A program made the position numbers and the translations under genes. A DNA stretch of 64,000 nt, from contig CAXXTB010000002.1 in the NCBI GenBank assembly GCA_963676795.2, positions 480,001 to 544,000 of the forward strand. The letters are read 5' to 3'. Each line of letters opens with the position of its first letter. The stretch's first letter is position 1. The notes beneath the pieces were generated by a model, which saw only the letters and a program-made list of their open reading frames with translations, did not search any database and was not told the DNA's origin. Origin of the DNA: Geopsychrobacteraceae bacterium (GTDB lineage Bacteria; Desulfobacterota; Desulfuromonadia; Desulfuromonadales; Geopsychrobacteraceae). Below, in pieces: positions 39,601 through 49,515 of this stretch.

Positions 39601-40859
39601 GACCTGAGCATCTCACAACGATTCTCTTGCCCTGTCGCCGTAATCTGGACGACGCTGATCGTACGTTCCAGAAAGCCTCCCTCGCAGTAGCTGAAATAGA
39701 AGTCCCACAAGCGCCGGAAACGTTCATCATAGCCGAGGCGGGCCAATTCTTCGCTATTAGCCTTGAAACGTTCACGCCAATCGCTGAGCGTTCTGGCGTA
39801 ATCGAAACCGAAATCCTCCAGGCTGCGCAGGGTCATGTCGGTCTGGCTGGTCAGCAGATCGAGCAGGGTCTGATTGGAGAGCAGGCAGCCGCCCGGAAAG
39901 ATATGGCGCTGGATGAAGTCGACACCGCGCAGGTAACGTTTGTAATCCTGGTCGATAAAGGTGATTGCCTGAATAAGCAGCATGCCGTCCGGCTTGAGCA
40001 GTTTCTGGCATTGCCTGAAGAAGTCGGGCAGGTAACGGTAGCCGACCGCTTCGATCATTTCGATACTGACAAGCTTGTCAAACTGTCCCTGCAGATCGCG
40101 ATAGTCCTGTTTGAGCAGGGTGATCCGCTCGCCAAGGCCTGCCTGCTCTATCCTTTTCTGTGCTTCTTCATACTGGGCGTCCGAGATGGTGGTGGTCGTC
40201 ACCCGGCAGCCGTAGTGGCTGGCTGCGTGGATGGCAAAGCCGCCCCAGCCGCTGCCGATTTCAATGACATGGTCCGCAGGACCGAGCTGGAGCTTGCGGC
40301 AGATATGATCGAGTTTATAGAGCGACGCTTCCTCCAGGGTTGCTTCTGCGCTTGGATAGATCGCCGATGAATACATCATGGTCGGATCAAGAAATGTCTG
40401 GTACATGGCGTTGCCCAGATCGTAATGGGCGAGAATGTTTTTTTTCGAGCCGCTGCGGCTGTTGCTCCTGAGCAGGTGGCGAATCTTTTGTACTGGTGCG
40501 GTGAAAAGCGCCAGGCGCTTTTCCAGCTGGCGCAGCAGCTGCTGGTTCCGGGCCATGATGCGGATCAGGTTGGTCAGGTTGTCAGTTTGCCAGTCGCCGT
40601 CGATGAAGGATTCCGCGGCGCCGATGGTGCCGCCGAACAGAGAACGTGAATAAAATGCCGGATTGTGCACGGTAATTTCGGCTGCAAGCCCATGTTCGTC
40701 GTTACCAAAGGTCAACCTGCTGTCCGCTTCGCTGAAGGTCAGCTGCCCCTGCTTCAGTTCTGCCAATAATCTGAACAGAAGTTTACGGGCAAACTGGGAA
40801 CGGAAGTTTTCTGATGCCCGGGACTGGCTGACAGCGGTTGAATAGTTGACTTCGGTCAT
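39597..40859 (-). CDS. cfa: Cyclopropane-fatty-acyl-phospholipid synthase family methyltransferase (Cfa/UfaM-like)
   Basis: HYDLGN, LDPTMMYSSA, EIGSGWG, SIEMIEAVG, FIQRHIFPGG, YCEGGF. Confidence 0.93.
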   Translation of the reverse strand: MTEVNYSTAVSQSRASENFRSQFARKLLFRLLAELKQGQLTFSEADSRLTFGNDEHGLAAEITVHNPAFYSRSLFGGTIGAAESFIDGDWQTDNLTNLIRIMARNQQLLRQLEKRLALFTAPVQKIRHLLRSNSRSGSKKNILAHYDLGNAMYQTFLDPTMMYSSAIYPSAEATLEEASLYKLDHICRKLQLGPADHVIEIGSGWGGFAIHAASHYGCRVTTTTISDAQYEEAQKRIEQAGLGERITLLKQDYRDLQGQFDKLVSIEMIEAVGYRYLPDFFRQCQKLLKPDGMLLIQAITFIDQDYKRYLRGVDFIQRHIFPGGCLLSNQTLLDLLTSQTDMTLRSLEDFGFDYARTLSDWRERFKANSEELARLGYDERFRRLWDFYFSYCEGGFLERTISVVQITATGQENRCEMLRS

Positions 40860-41596
40860 TTGTTCTCCTTCAGGTAGGGGACGTAGGGGACTTTTTTGAT
40901 AAACAGTTTAAGGGCCTGCCAGTAGATGCCAAAGGCAACCAATGCGGCCATGACCGGCCGCTTGAGAAGCTCGGGACGGACAACTTTTTTAGTCAGCGGG
41001 CGGTAATTCAGCTTGAGAATCGCATCGAAGATATGGCCGCGCCGGTCGTCAACGGCGATATGGATCTTGAGCTTTTCTCCCGGGGGCGTCAGGGTCCAGC
41101 TGTAGGTCTGGTCGTCCGGGTTGAAGGGGGAGACATGAAACTCCTTGGCATGCTCCCACGCCAGTGGATCATCGCTGAGACAGAAAGCGTAATGATGGCG
41201 TTCGTTCCAGGGGGTATTGGCGACCTCGGCGAGCATATGGGTGTAGTCCCCGCGCTGGTTGACGCCGAAATAGAAGTTGACCGGGCTGAAATAGAGCCCC
41301 AGGGTTCTCAGGTTCATCAGCCCATAGATAGCGCCTTCGACCTCTGTGTTTGTCAACTCGAAGATCCGTTGCCTGACGCTCTGTTCCAGGGACTGATCGG
41401 CGCTGCCGAGGTAGTCGCTGCGGCGCAAGCGGCTCAGGGCAAAATCTTTGAGCGAGAACCAGGGCTTCAGATCGGGGAGCTTGTCGAGCTGGCTGAGGTT
41501 GAGATACCACATGAAAAAGGGGTAACAGAACCGATGCTGGCGCGGCAGATGGCGGATATGCTCGATGCTGCCGACATAGAGCCCCGATCTCATCAT
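40856..41596 (-). CDS. DUF1365 family protein (UfaO-like)
   Basis: H.R..P..H.F.Y, FSPVNFY, EV.NTPWNERH.Y, K.FHVSPF, IYWQALKL. Confidence 0.9.
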   Translation of the reverse strand: MMRSGLYVGSIEHIRHLPRQHRFCYPFFMWYLNLSQLDKLPDLKPWFSLKDFALSRLRRSDYLGSADQSLEQSVRQRIFELTNTEVEGAIYGLMNLRTLGLYFSPVNFYFGVNQRGDYTHMLAEVANTPWNERHHYAFCLSDDPLAWEHAKEFHVSPFNPDDQTYSWTLTPPGEKLKIHIAVDDRRGHIFDAILKLNYRPLTKKVVRPELLKRPVMAALVAFGIYWQALKLFIKKVPYVPYLKENK

Positions 41597-42822
41597 GGTT
41601 TGACTCCGAGAAAGTCACAGACCCGCAGGGAGCTTCTGACCCCGTCTTCATGGAAGCCGTTGAACCAGTAGGCGCCGCAAAAGTGCAGTCTGTCGCGCCC
41701 CGAAATCTCCTGCCACTGCTGTTGAGCCGCGAGCATGTCGTTGTTGTAGACCGGATGGGAGTAGTTGAAACTGCGCAGGGTCTTCTCAGCGGCAATCTCC
41801 TGATTGAGGGTGACCAGATAGGTGTGGTCTTTGCTCAGGCACTGCAGGATGTTCATGTCATAGGTCAGGGTTGCCGCGTGCTTTTCTGCACTCATCAGGT
41901 AGTTCCAGCTGGCCCAGGCGCGTTTAGCTTTTGGCATCAGCGAGATATCCGTATGGAGCACGACGCTGTTGGCGCTGAAGGGAAAGCGACCGAGGATCTG
42001 TCTCTCTGTTTCTGTCGGCGAAACGATTGAAGCCAGGGCCTCATCGGCGTGGCAGGCAAAGACCACCTCGTCGAACAGCTCTTCGCTTTCCGGTGTGGAA
42101 ACCATAACCCCGTCGCTTCGACGTTCAACCTGTTTGACCTGAGCCGAGGTGCGGATGTTGTTAGCAAAAGGAGCTGTCATCTTCGGGATATAGCTGCGCG
42201 AGCCGCCGACAATCGAAAACCACTGGGGGCGGTTTTTCAGCTCGAGCAGGCCGTGGTTCTCAAAGAAACGGACAAAGAAACTGAGTGGAAAGTCGCGGGC
42301 TTCGGCCGTGCCCATCGACCAGATCGCGGCGATCATCGGCAATAGATAGTTGGCGGCAAACAGGCTGCCGTAGCCCTTGCTGTCGAGATAGTTACCCACG
42401 GTGAGCTCGGAGCCTTCTTTGCTCTGACGGACCTGACGGTTGAAACTGAGGATGTCGTAAAGCATGCGCCAGAAGGACGGACTGAGCAGGTTCTTGCGCT
42501 GGGCGAAGAGTGAGTTGGGGCTGTGGCCGTTGTATTCGAGGCCGATGGCATCGTTGCGCACGGAAAAGCCCATGATCGTCTTCTGGTAGGGGACTTCCAG
42601 CTCGTGGAGCAGGCATTGAAAGTTGGGGTAGGTGCGGTCGTTGAACACGATAAACCCGGTGTCGATGGCACTCTGCTCGCCGGCAACCTCGACATCGACG
42701 GTGTGGGTATGCCCCCCGACATAGTCGTTCGCTTCAAAAACCGTGACCTCGTAGCTGCGCGACAGGAAATAAGCGCAGCTGAGCCCCGATATCCCTGAGC
42801 CGACAACGGCAATTTTTTTCAT
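41593..42822 (-). CDS. FAD-dependent oxidoreductase (UfaD-like)
   Basis: GSGISG, GGHTHT, DTGFIVFNDRTYPN, AWASWNY, GFHEDG. Confidence 0.92.
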   Translation of the reverse strand: MKKIAVVGSGISGLSCAYFLSRSYEVTVFEANDYVGGHTHTVDVEVAGEQSAIDTGFIVFNDRTYPNFQCLLHELEVPYQKTIMGFSVRNDAIGLEYNGHSPNSLFAQRKNLLSPSFWRMLYDILSFNRQVRQSKEGSELTVGNYLDSKGYGSLFAANYLLPMIAAIWSMGTAEARDFPLSFFVRFFENHGLLELKNRPQWFSIVGGSRSYIPKMTAPFANNIRTSAQVKQVERRSDGVMVSTPESEELFDEVVFACHADEALASIVSPTETERQILGRFPFSANSVVLHTDISLMPKAKRAWASWNYLMSAEKHAATLTYDMNILQCLSKDHTYLVTLNQEIAAEKTLRSFNYSHPVYNNDMLAAQQQWQEISGRDRLHFCGAYWFNGFHEDGVRSSLRVCDFLGVKP

Positions 42823-43538
42823 CAGCCAACCATCCTTTGCGCCATTCTGCTCCAGAGGCTCCTCGGGAGATGCGACGCCAGTTTGAGGAAGTAGGTAAAG
42901 CGCTTGGGAAAGTGGATTTCGGCCTGGCGCCGTTCGATCCCTTTGCGGATTTCCCGGCTTGCTGTTTCAACATCAATGAGACAGGGCATGGGGAAATCGT
43001 TGCGGTCGGTCAAGGGAGTTTTGACGAAGCCGGGGCAGACCAGACTGACATCGACCCCATAACCTTTGAGGCCGATGCGCAGGGTTTCGAGCATGTAGGC
43101 GACGGCGGCCTTGGATGCACCGTAGGCCTCCGCTCGCGGCAGCGGCAGATAGGCCGCCGATGAACCGATACCGACCAGCTGCGGCCGCTCTCCTTTGCGC
43201 AGAGCCGGAAGCAGGGCCTCGATCGCGTGGGCCAGGGTGTCGACGTTGGCACGCATCACCCGGCTGACCAGGGCGCTGTCAAAATCAGGCAGGCGGATAT
43301 ACTCACAGTTGCCGGCCGACAGAATTGCCAGATCGACCTGCTCGAAAGCGCCGAGCTTCTCCAGGGTCTCCTGGCGATCTGTCAGGTCGACCCGGAGGGT
43401 TTCCAGACCGGCTTCTTCAAGCTCACGCAGTGACTCCGCAGAACGCCCTACTGCACAGACGCTGTGCCCCTGCTGGTGATAGTCGATGGCCAGCTGGCGT
43501 CCGATTCCTGAGGTTGCCCCGCTAATGACGATTTTCAT
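42822..43538 (-). CDS. Short-chain dehydrogenase/reductase
   Basis: SGATSGIG, YGASK, PGFVKTPLT.RN.F.MP. Confidence 0.92.
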   Translation of the reverse strand: MKIVISGATSGIGRQLAIDYHQQGHSVCAVGRSAESLRELEEAGLETLRVDLTDRQETLEKLGAFEQVDLAILSAGNCEYIRLPDFDSALVSRVMRANVDTLAHAIEALLPALRKGERPQLVGIGSSAAYLPLPRAEAYGASKAAVAYMLETLRIGLKGYGVDVSLVCPGFVKTPLTDRNDFPMPCLIDVETASREIRKGIERRQAEIHFPKRFTYFLKLASHLPRSLWSRMAQRMVG

Positions 43539-43960
43539 CCCCCCATCCTTTCCTTGATCTTCCTGATCACTTTGCCGAGCAGCGGCAGCTGCTCGTAAAG
43601 CATGACGCCCAGATCAAAATAATCGCGATGATAACACACCAAACCAGCGGGGTTAAAGTGCAACACCGATATTCCGTCGACGCTGATGTTCTTGCCACTG
43701 TTGAGTCGTGGGTGGGCAAAGTTCATGGTCCACTCGACCAGTGTCGCCGTTCCGGCTTCTTTTGGCGGGGAAAAATCGAATGAGATCTCGCTGATGTTGG
43801 CGTAGAGATGGGCGAAGTAGGCGGTCAGCTGTTCTAACCCTTCAATACGGTGAGCCGGATCGACAAACAGGATATCTTCAGCGTAGATGCTTGCCAGCCT
43901 CTCCAGGTTGCCCAGGTCAAGCTGCTGATAAACGGCCAGAAAATCGTCGCAGGCGCTCAT
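43535..43960 (-). CDS. SnoaL/NTF2-like protein
   Basis: F.DP.H.I.G, W.M...HPRL, HRDYFD.G..LYEQLP. Confidence 0.88.
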   Translation of the reverse strand: MSACDDFLAVYQQLDLGNLERLASIYAEDILFVDPAHRIEGLEQLTAYFAHLYANISEISFDFSPPKEAGTATLVEWTMNFAHPRLNSGKNISVDGISVLHFNPAGLVCYHRDYFDLGVMLYEQLPLLGKVIRKIKERMGG

Positions 43961-44511
43961 GATTCCCCCTGGTGGCGCAGTGGCTCGGTCAGTTGCTGCT
44001 GGAGCTTTTCGTCAATCGGCTGGTCCGGCGACAACCAGATGCCGAAATAGATTTCGGCAAAATCCCTGGAGCTGATGGTCACCAGGCTTGAGTCGTTGAG
44101 CGACAAGGTCGTCGTTTCATCCTCTGCATTATAGCAGAGACTGTAGCTGTCGCCAGTCGTCACCGGCCGGTAACTACGATGGAGCTGATCGATTTGCTCG
44201 CGAAATCGGTTCAGATAGTCTGCGTTGTACTGACGGGCGAGAACTTTTTCGGCGGCTTTGATCATGTCCTGGGCTTTGATGTCGACATCGTAGCTCAGGA
44301 TCAGGCAGCGCGACAGGCCGGTCAGCACAGAGGCATTGCCGGGGGGGACGGGTTCGGTGTAGAGCTTGGCCCGATAAACATCAAACATCAGGTAACGGAT
44401 CTTGCCGCTGCCCTGCAATGTCATCCCATCTGTCACTGCAGCGGAAAGGCAGGACGGCAGTGACATCAGAAAGAGGGCCAAAGTCCAGATCAATACGGCT
44501 GTTTGTCGCAT
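43957..44511 (-). CDS. Chalcone isomerase-like periplasmic protein
   Basis: Signal peptide, G.G..RYL.FDVY.A.LY, F..IYFGIWL. Confidence 0.82.
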   Translation of the reverse strand: MRQTAVLIWTLALFLMSLPSCLSAAVTDGMTLQGSGKIRYLMFDVYRAKLYTEPVPPGNASVLTGLSRCLILSYDVDIKAQDMIKAAEKVLARQYNADYLNRFREQIDQLHRSYRPVTTGDSYSLCYNAEDETTTLSLNDSSLVTISSRDFAEIYFGIWLSPDQPIDEKLQQQLTEPLRHQGES

Positions 44512-44521
44512 GATGTCGGCC

Positions 44522-45076
44522 TCATCTGCTGTTGTTTTTACTGAAAACGATCGTGACTTCCCCGACCCTGATACCGAACTTGGTCATTTTGGCGCGGTTG
44601 ATCAGGATCTGGTCCGGTTGCAGAAACATCCAGTCGTCGAATGTCAATCGGACTGTTTTGTCTGACAGGGGTACGTCGAGCTGATATGTCCAGTTCAGCG
44701 CATTGCCGTAGGCTTGTCCTGCGGCTTGGCCGACGACATCTGCTGCTGTGCCGCTGAACTGATGTTGGCTGTCCTGGCCGATGGTCCAGATGCGTTGGCT
44801 CTGTTCGCCATCATCCCAACTGAAATCCTCGGTCAGAACCAGTTGGCTGCGGCTGGTCAGTTCTCCTTGAATGTCAACGACAAACTGTCTGGTGACCTCG
44901 CCGCTACGATTCTGGACCATTCCCCAGCCGCGGGTCTCTCCGGCGAAATAGTCAAACAGGTCGAACTTCGGTTGCTGTCCGGAGTAGTCCTTAATATCAA
45001 CGCCGCTGCAGGCGGAAAGGGGCAAGATGATGGAGAGGAAAATGATAAGCCTGATCATGACGACTGGTCTGCGCAT
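44522..45076 (-). CDS. DUF3833 family lipoprotein
   Basis: Lipobox LSAC, FDL..YF.G, L.EDF, FDDWM, KFG; AAGGAGG RBS places the start at 45076. Confidence 0.88.
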   Translation of the reverse strand: MRRPVVMIRLIIFLSIILPLSACSGVDIKDYSGQQPKFDLFDYFAGETRGWGMVQNRSGEVTRQFVVDIQGELTSRSQLVLTEDFSWDDGEQSQRIWTIGQDSQHQFSGTAADVVGQAAGQAYGNALNWTYQLDVPLSDKTVRLTFDDWMFLQPDQILINRAKMTKFGIRVGEVTIVFSKNNSR

Positions 45077-45275
45077 CGGAACCTCCTTTACCGCTTCATG
45101 TATAGATATAGAGAATACCATAAAAGTCATCTTCAAGTCGAAAGAGGGGTTATACCCTTTGTAATAGGAGGCACTGCGCATCGGCAGCGTGTGACTAGGG
45201 GAGGACGATCTTAGGGAGAGTGAAAAGAAAACGGCTGCCGATACTCACGGCGGCCGTTGAAAACCTTCAAAATAA

Positions 45276-45524
45276 TCAGTGTTTGTGATGCTTTTCGGTG
45301 GCAAATTTTTTGATGCTGTAGCTATCGACAAGCTCCATGGTGTCGGTGACGTAGGTGCTGACCTTCAGGCTGTTATGGTCGACTTCGATGTAGGAGAGTA
45401 TCGGGACATTCGGCTGGACATAGGCCGCAACATAGCCGAAAGATTCAACATCGCCGCTCAGGGTGTAATACTTGCTTCCGCTGGCCGAATTGGCGGTGAA
45501 GTGGACAACCCCTTCAGGATAGAT
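45276..45524 (-). pseudogene. C-terminal remnant of a metallophosphoesterase-like gene, cut at the IS end
   Basis: PEGVVHFTANSASGSKYY...SYIEV....L.V.TY......VDSYSI resembles purple-acid-phosphatase C-termini; terminator at about 45229-45259 is retained; 5' part is missing. Confidence 0.6.
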
Positions 45525-45822
45525 TGGCATGGTAGGAAAATAGTGGACACTTTTCTAAGTGCGGGTTACTACCCGTTTCCAGGAGGTGTTACATGGCAGC
45601 AAAACGGAGACAATTTACACAGGAATTCAAGGATTCCGCGGTCAAGTTCGTGACAGAACAGGGATACAAGTTATCTGAGGCGGCCCGCAATCATGATATC
45701 AATGTCAGCCAACTTCGACCTGGAAGGCGGAATCGGAAGCAGAGCAGCAGGAGTATGAGAAACTCATTCCCATTGCTCAGCAAGTAGGCAGAGTGAACTG
45801 TCCGCTAACAATGGACATGCCG
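45525..45822 (+). mobile_element. Internally deleted IS3-family element
   Basis: Left end TGGCATGGTAGGAAAATAGTGGACAC, GGAGG RBS, truncated OrfA KRRQFTQEFKDSAVKFVTEQGYKLSEAARN (45593-45787), degenerate right end TGTCCGCTAACAATGGACATGCCG; no OrfB. Confidence 0.8.
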
Positions 45823-46182
45823 GTGCACAGAAACAATCCAGGGAACTGCTATCTTTTTGGTGAAGGATTGGACGTTGATTATGCAAAGGCTTTTTACTGA
45901 TTTGATCTTTCTGCCCGGCAAAGAGAATCTGATGCCGTTTTTAATATAGGGCAGATGTATCAACATGGATTGCATGTCAAGAAAAGCCTAATTAAAGCTT
46001 ATACCTATTATAGTGCTGGGATTAAAATTAAGAATGTATTTCCAGACGAAACCTCTGGTGTAACTGCCGCAGACATTCTTGATTCAATGACCACCCTCAA
46101 AGCTCAAATGACTCCGCAGGAAATCAAATTCGGCGAAGCAGAAATTCCAAAGGTCATGCGAGAATACGGCTTTGATCTTTAG
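45823..46182 (+). pseudogene. Sel1-repeat (SLR) protein remnant
   Basis: GNCYLFGEGLDVDYAKAFY*FDLSARQRESDAVFNIGQMYQHGLHV; in-frame TGA at 45898 replaces the conserved Trp; 5' end lost at the IS. Confidence 0.75.
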
Positions 46183-46363
46183 GGATATTTGAGAATCTAT
46201 AGAGAGAAATAGGAGGCAAGTCTGCTCTTGCCCCCTATTGCTTGTCCCCAGAACTTCAGGGGACAGGGATAACCGGCATTATAAATACCCGAACAAATGA
46301 AGCTGTTATTTCAGCCTGCAATAGAGGCTTTGAAACGATCAACTTAGCACTGTTTATGACCGA

Positions 46364-49300
46364 TTACTTCTTTGCATCGAGTATTCTGCGAACCGTATGC
46401 AGCAATAGAGGAATCTCGATCGGTTTCATAAGAAAGGCCTTAAGTCCAAAGTTTTCAGCTTGATCTCCAGAGATCTTGGAGCTGTATCCGGTACATAGAA
46501 TAATAGGCATATCGGGGCACAGCTTGAGAATTTCATGACTCAGTTCCAGGCCGGACATGCCCGGCATGGTTTGGTCACTGAGAACTAAATCATAGCCGTC
46601 CAAATCTCGTGATATTAACTCTAACGCCTTCTGGCTGTCTGTTTCGGTTGTCACATTATAACCGAATGTCGCCAGCATCATTGTCAATGTACGGGCCAGG
46701 GTCTCATCATCATCTACAATAAGGATTCTTTCATCACCGCCACCAAGGAACTCTTCCTGACCTATCTCGCTTCTCCCCTCCTGAGTCGACTTGGGAAAAT
46801 AAAGATTAAACCGGCTTCCTTGTCCTAAAGAGCTCTCGATTTTTATCAGGCCGCCATGTTGCTCGACGATCCCCTGAACTGTCGCCAACCCGATTCCTGT
46901 CCCCTGACCAACCTCCTTAGTGGTAAAAAACGGGTCGAATATTTTATCGCGTATATCCTCTGGGATACCACAACCTGTATCCTGTACACTTAAGAGGAAA
47001 TACATCCCCGCCTGCTGAGGCCCGGTCGGGGGCAGATCATTCTCAGTCAGCGTAACCTCCTCAACGGCAATTGTCAGGATCCCCTTCTCATCCATCGCAT
47101 GAACAGAGTTTGAACACAGGTTGAGCAAGGCTTCCTGAATCCGATTGGCGCTCGCCAGGATGATCATCTCATTATCGTCTGAAGGAGTCTCCATCCGGAT
47201 ATCGATCGTCGACGGAACAGTCGAACGTAAGAGTTTAACAGTCTCAAGGACAATCTTGACAATATTCACAGCAGATCTGATTTCCACTTCCTGCCGACTG
47301 AAGGCCATAATCTGACGCACCAGATCACCGGCCCGCTGAGCTGCGGTAATCGCATAGTCGAGATAGGGCAGCCCCTTGATATGTTGGGCCAGTTTGATCC
47401 GGGCCAATTCAAGATTGCCAATGATGATTGCCAGATTATTGTTGAAATTGTGGGCGATACCGCCGGCCATCAGTCCAACGGCCTCCATTTTGTATTTCTG
47501 GCGCAGCTGCTTTTCCAGATCAAGACGTTGACTTTCTGTTTCTTTTCGTTGGGTAAGATCACGCTCTACAGAAAAGAGAAAGGATTCACCGGAGATTTCT
47601 ACCCCGCAGATAACAACCTCGATTGGAAAACGGCTGCCGTCCTTGCGGCGATGCTCAACTTCAAAACTGCTGGTCCCGCCCTTGATTATGTCCATAACCT
47701 CCTGGCGTGTTCCCCGTTCGAGGATGCCGGCGTCCAGCAAGGACATAGGTTGCCCCAGCAATTCTGCGCGCGTATAGCCATGAAACACACAAGCAGCCTC
47801 ATTCATATCGACGATAATTAGTTCATTATCCCGCATCTGCAATATCAATGCATAGTCGGTAACATGTTCAAACAGAGCCCTGAACTTTTGCTCATTGTCT
47901 GCCAGTTCCTTTTGCGCCAGGACTCTCGTTGTTACATCGTTGATTATCGCCAAAAGTAAAATCTGGCGATCAAGCTTAATCGCAGAAAATGAAACTTCAA
48001 CGTCTCTAACCTTTCCATCTTTGAGACGGTGAGACTGCACTAACAACTTTCTCTCGCCATGCAATGCTTCTTTTAGCGCACGAACAACAGGTTCAGCCTC
48101 AGAGGCAGAAAGGCCGGAAAACGACAAATCTTGTAGCTCTGAAAGCCTGTAGCCATAATAGCTACAGGCCGCATTATTCGCATCGATGACTGCTGTCGTC
48201 TCCGGGTCAACGAGCAGCATGATCGTATTATTGCCTCTGAAGATCATCTGGAAACGTTCTTCGTTTTCACGCTTGAACTTCCCCTCCCTCTGTTTCAGAA
48301 AAAGGATGAAGAGCAAAAGCAGAATCACGGAGAACAGCAGGATGACAACAACAATGACAAACCAGGTCAGTTGTTTGTATTCCTGGTAAAAGCTAAAGGG
48401 TCTATTAATGAGAAGCGAACCTTGCGGCAGTTTTTTCAGGTCGACCGAAAACCGCTGCAACTGTTTATAGTCAACCATCAGAACATTGGGGCTATCGGTG
48501 ACCAAAGGCAAGTCACTCGCTGGTGTCCCGTCCAATATCTTAAGCGCCATTTCTGCAGCTTTGAGCCCCTGATAACGACCGTCTATAACGACCCCTCCCA
48601 GGGCCCCAACCCCTACAGCAGTTGTCCACAGGCTGAACAGGGGGAGATGAGAAGACTCGACGATAAGTTGTGTTGCCTCGTGACGTGGCAGGTATCCGCC
48701 TGTCGGCGTTAACAGGCCAGTGAGATCAAGAAGCACCCCATTGCCAGGCAAAGAGCCAAGAGTCTCCGGAGCATCCTCGGTCGTCATATTCAGCAATTCC
48801 TTAAACTGCAGACGACCACTGAAGTCGGGAGCCACCAGGCGATATTTATCTAAATTTTTCAGACCAACCGATGTCCTGTCAGTTGCTATAGCGTAAACAA
48901 TCTCGGTTTCAGGAAAAAGCTTAAGAGCCAGATCAAGAGTTGCCGCCAGCGAGGTGTTCTCGTTGACTCCGACAATCATAGGCTTGCCTTGAACGCGTTC
49001 GGGGTGAAAATTATTGACCCCGCAAAATACAACAGGCGTACCGGGAAAAAGGTTGTCCCTTGATTCAAGAATAAAATTGAAAGCAGCATCATCTGCGACA
49101 ATGATCAGGTCTTGAGGCTGATGTTGATACTTGTTAAGCAGACATTGAGATACGTAATCTAGATGCTGTTGCCCCGGATTGCGCCGGACATCCATATTTT
49201 CGATCGCCAGATTAATCTCAGGACGTTTCAACAAGAGTTCCAGCATGCCATCAACAAGACTGTCGGTCCAGTTATCACCCTGATGATATGAAGTGATCAA

Positions 49301-49390
49301 CAGAACCTGTCTTGAATCGGCAGGCTGTGCTTGCAACGGTGAAGCAAACAATAACCCACAGAGAAACAAAATAGAAAATACGGATCTCAC
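46364..49390 (-). CDS. Hybrid sensor histidine kinase with ABC substrate-binding-like sensor, two PAS domains and a receiver
   Basis: SYH.G..W, P.VFCGVN periplasmic domain, TM, PAS x2, AHNFNN, DPFFTTK..GTGIGL, D..MPG; GTG start placed by the RBS. Confidence 0.92.
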   Translation of the reverse strand: MRSVFSILFLCGLLFASPLQAQPADSRQVLLITSYHQGDNWTDSLVDGMLELLLKRPEINLAIENMDVRRNPGQQHLDYVSQCLLNKYQHQPQDLIIVADDAAFNFILESRDNLFPGTPVVFCGVNNFHPERVQGKPMIVGVNENTSLAATLDLALKLFPETEIVYAIATDRTSVGLKNLDKYRLVAPDFSGRLQFKELLNMTTEDAPETLGSLPGNGVLLDLTGLLTPTGGYLPRHEATQLIVESSHLPLFSLWTTAVGVGALGGVVIDGRYQGLKAAEMALKILDGTPASDLPLVTDSPNVLMVDYKQLQRFSVDLKKLPQGSLLINRPFSFYQEYKQLTWFVIVVVILLFSVILLLLFILFLKQREGKFKRENEERFQMIFRGNNTIMLLVDPETTAVIDANNAACSYYGYRLSELQDLSFSGLSASEAEPVVRALKEALHGERKLLVQSHRLKDGKVRDVEVSFSAIKLDRQILLLAIINDVTTRVLAQKELADNEQKFRALFEHVTDYALILQMRDNELIIVDMNEAACVFHGYTRAELLGQPMSLLDAGILERGTRQEVMDIIKGGTSSFEVEHRRKDGSRFPIEVVICGVEISGESFLFSVERDLTQRKETESQRLDLEKQLRQKYKMEAVGLMAGGIAHNFNNNLAIIIGNLELARIKLAQHIKGLPYLDYAITAAQRAGDLVRQIMAFSRQEVEIRSAVNIVKIVLETVKLLRSTVPSTIDIRMETPSDDNEMIILASANRIQEALLNLCSNSVHAMDEKGILTIAVEEVTLTENDLPPTGPQQAGMYFLLSVQDTGCGIPEDIRDKIFDPFFTTKEVGQGTGIGLATVQGIVEQHGGLIKIESSLGQGSRFNLYFPKSTQEGRSEIGQEEFLGGGDERILIVDDDETLARTLTMMLATFGYNVTTETDSQKALELISRDLDGYDLVLSDQTMPGMSGLELSHEILKLCPDMPIILCTGYSSKISGDQAENFGLKAFLMKPIEIPLLLHTVRRILDAKK

Positions 49391-49515
49391 AGCATTCTCC
49401 TCTGCCGTCAAACTTTAAAGCATAAGCCTTGTTTAATATTAACAGCCAGGGGCGGTATTGCTATAAACAATCGACCCGCATACTATCGGGAGACGGAGAT
49501 TTTCTTGCCGACTAA

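Noticed and set aside
45898..45900. In-frame TGA in the Sel1 remnant as a second selenocysteine
   Set aside because: It replaces the conserved Trp of the Sel1 repeat, no SECIS-like hairpin is evident, and the gene is otherwise truncated and decayed
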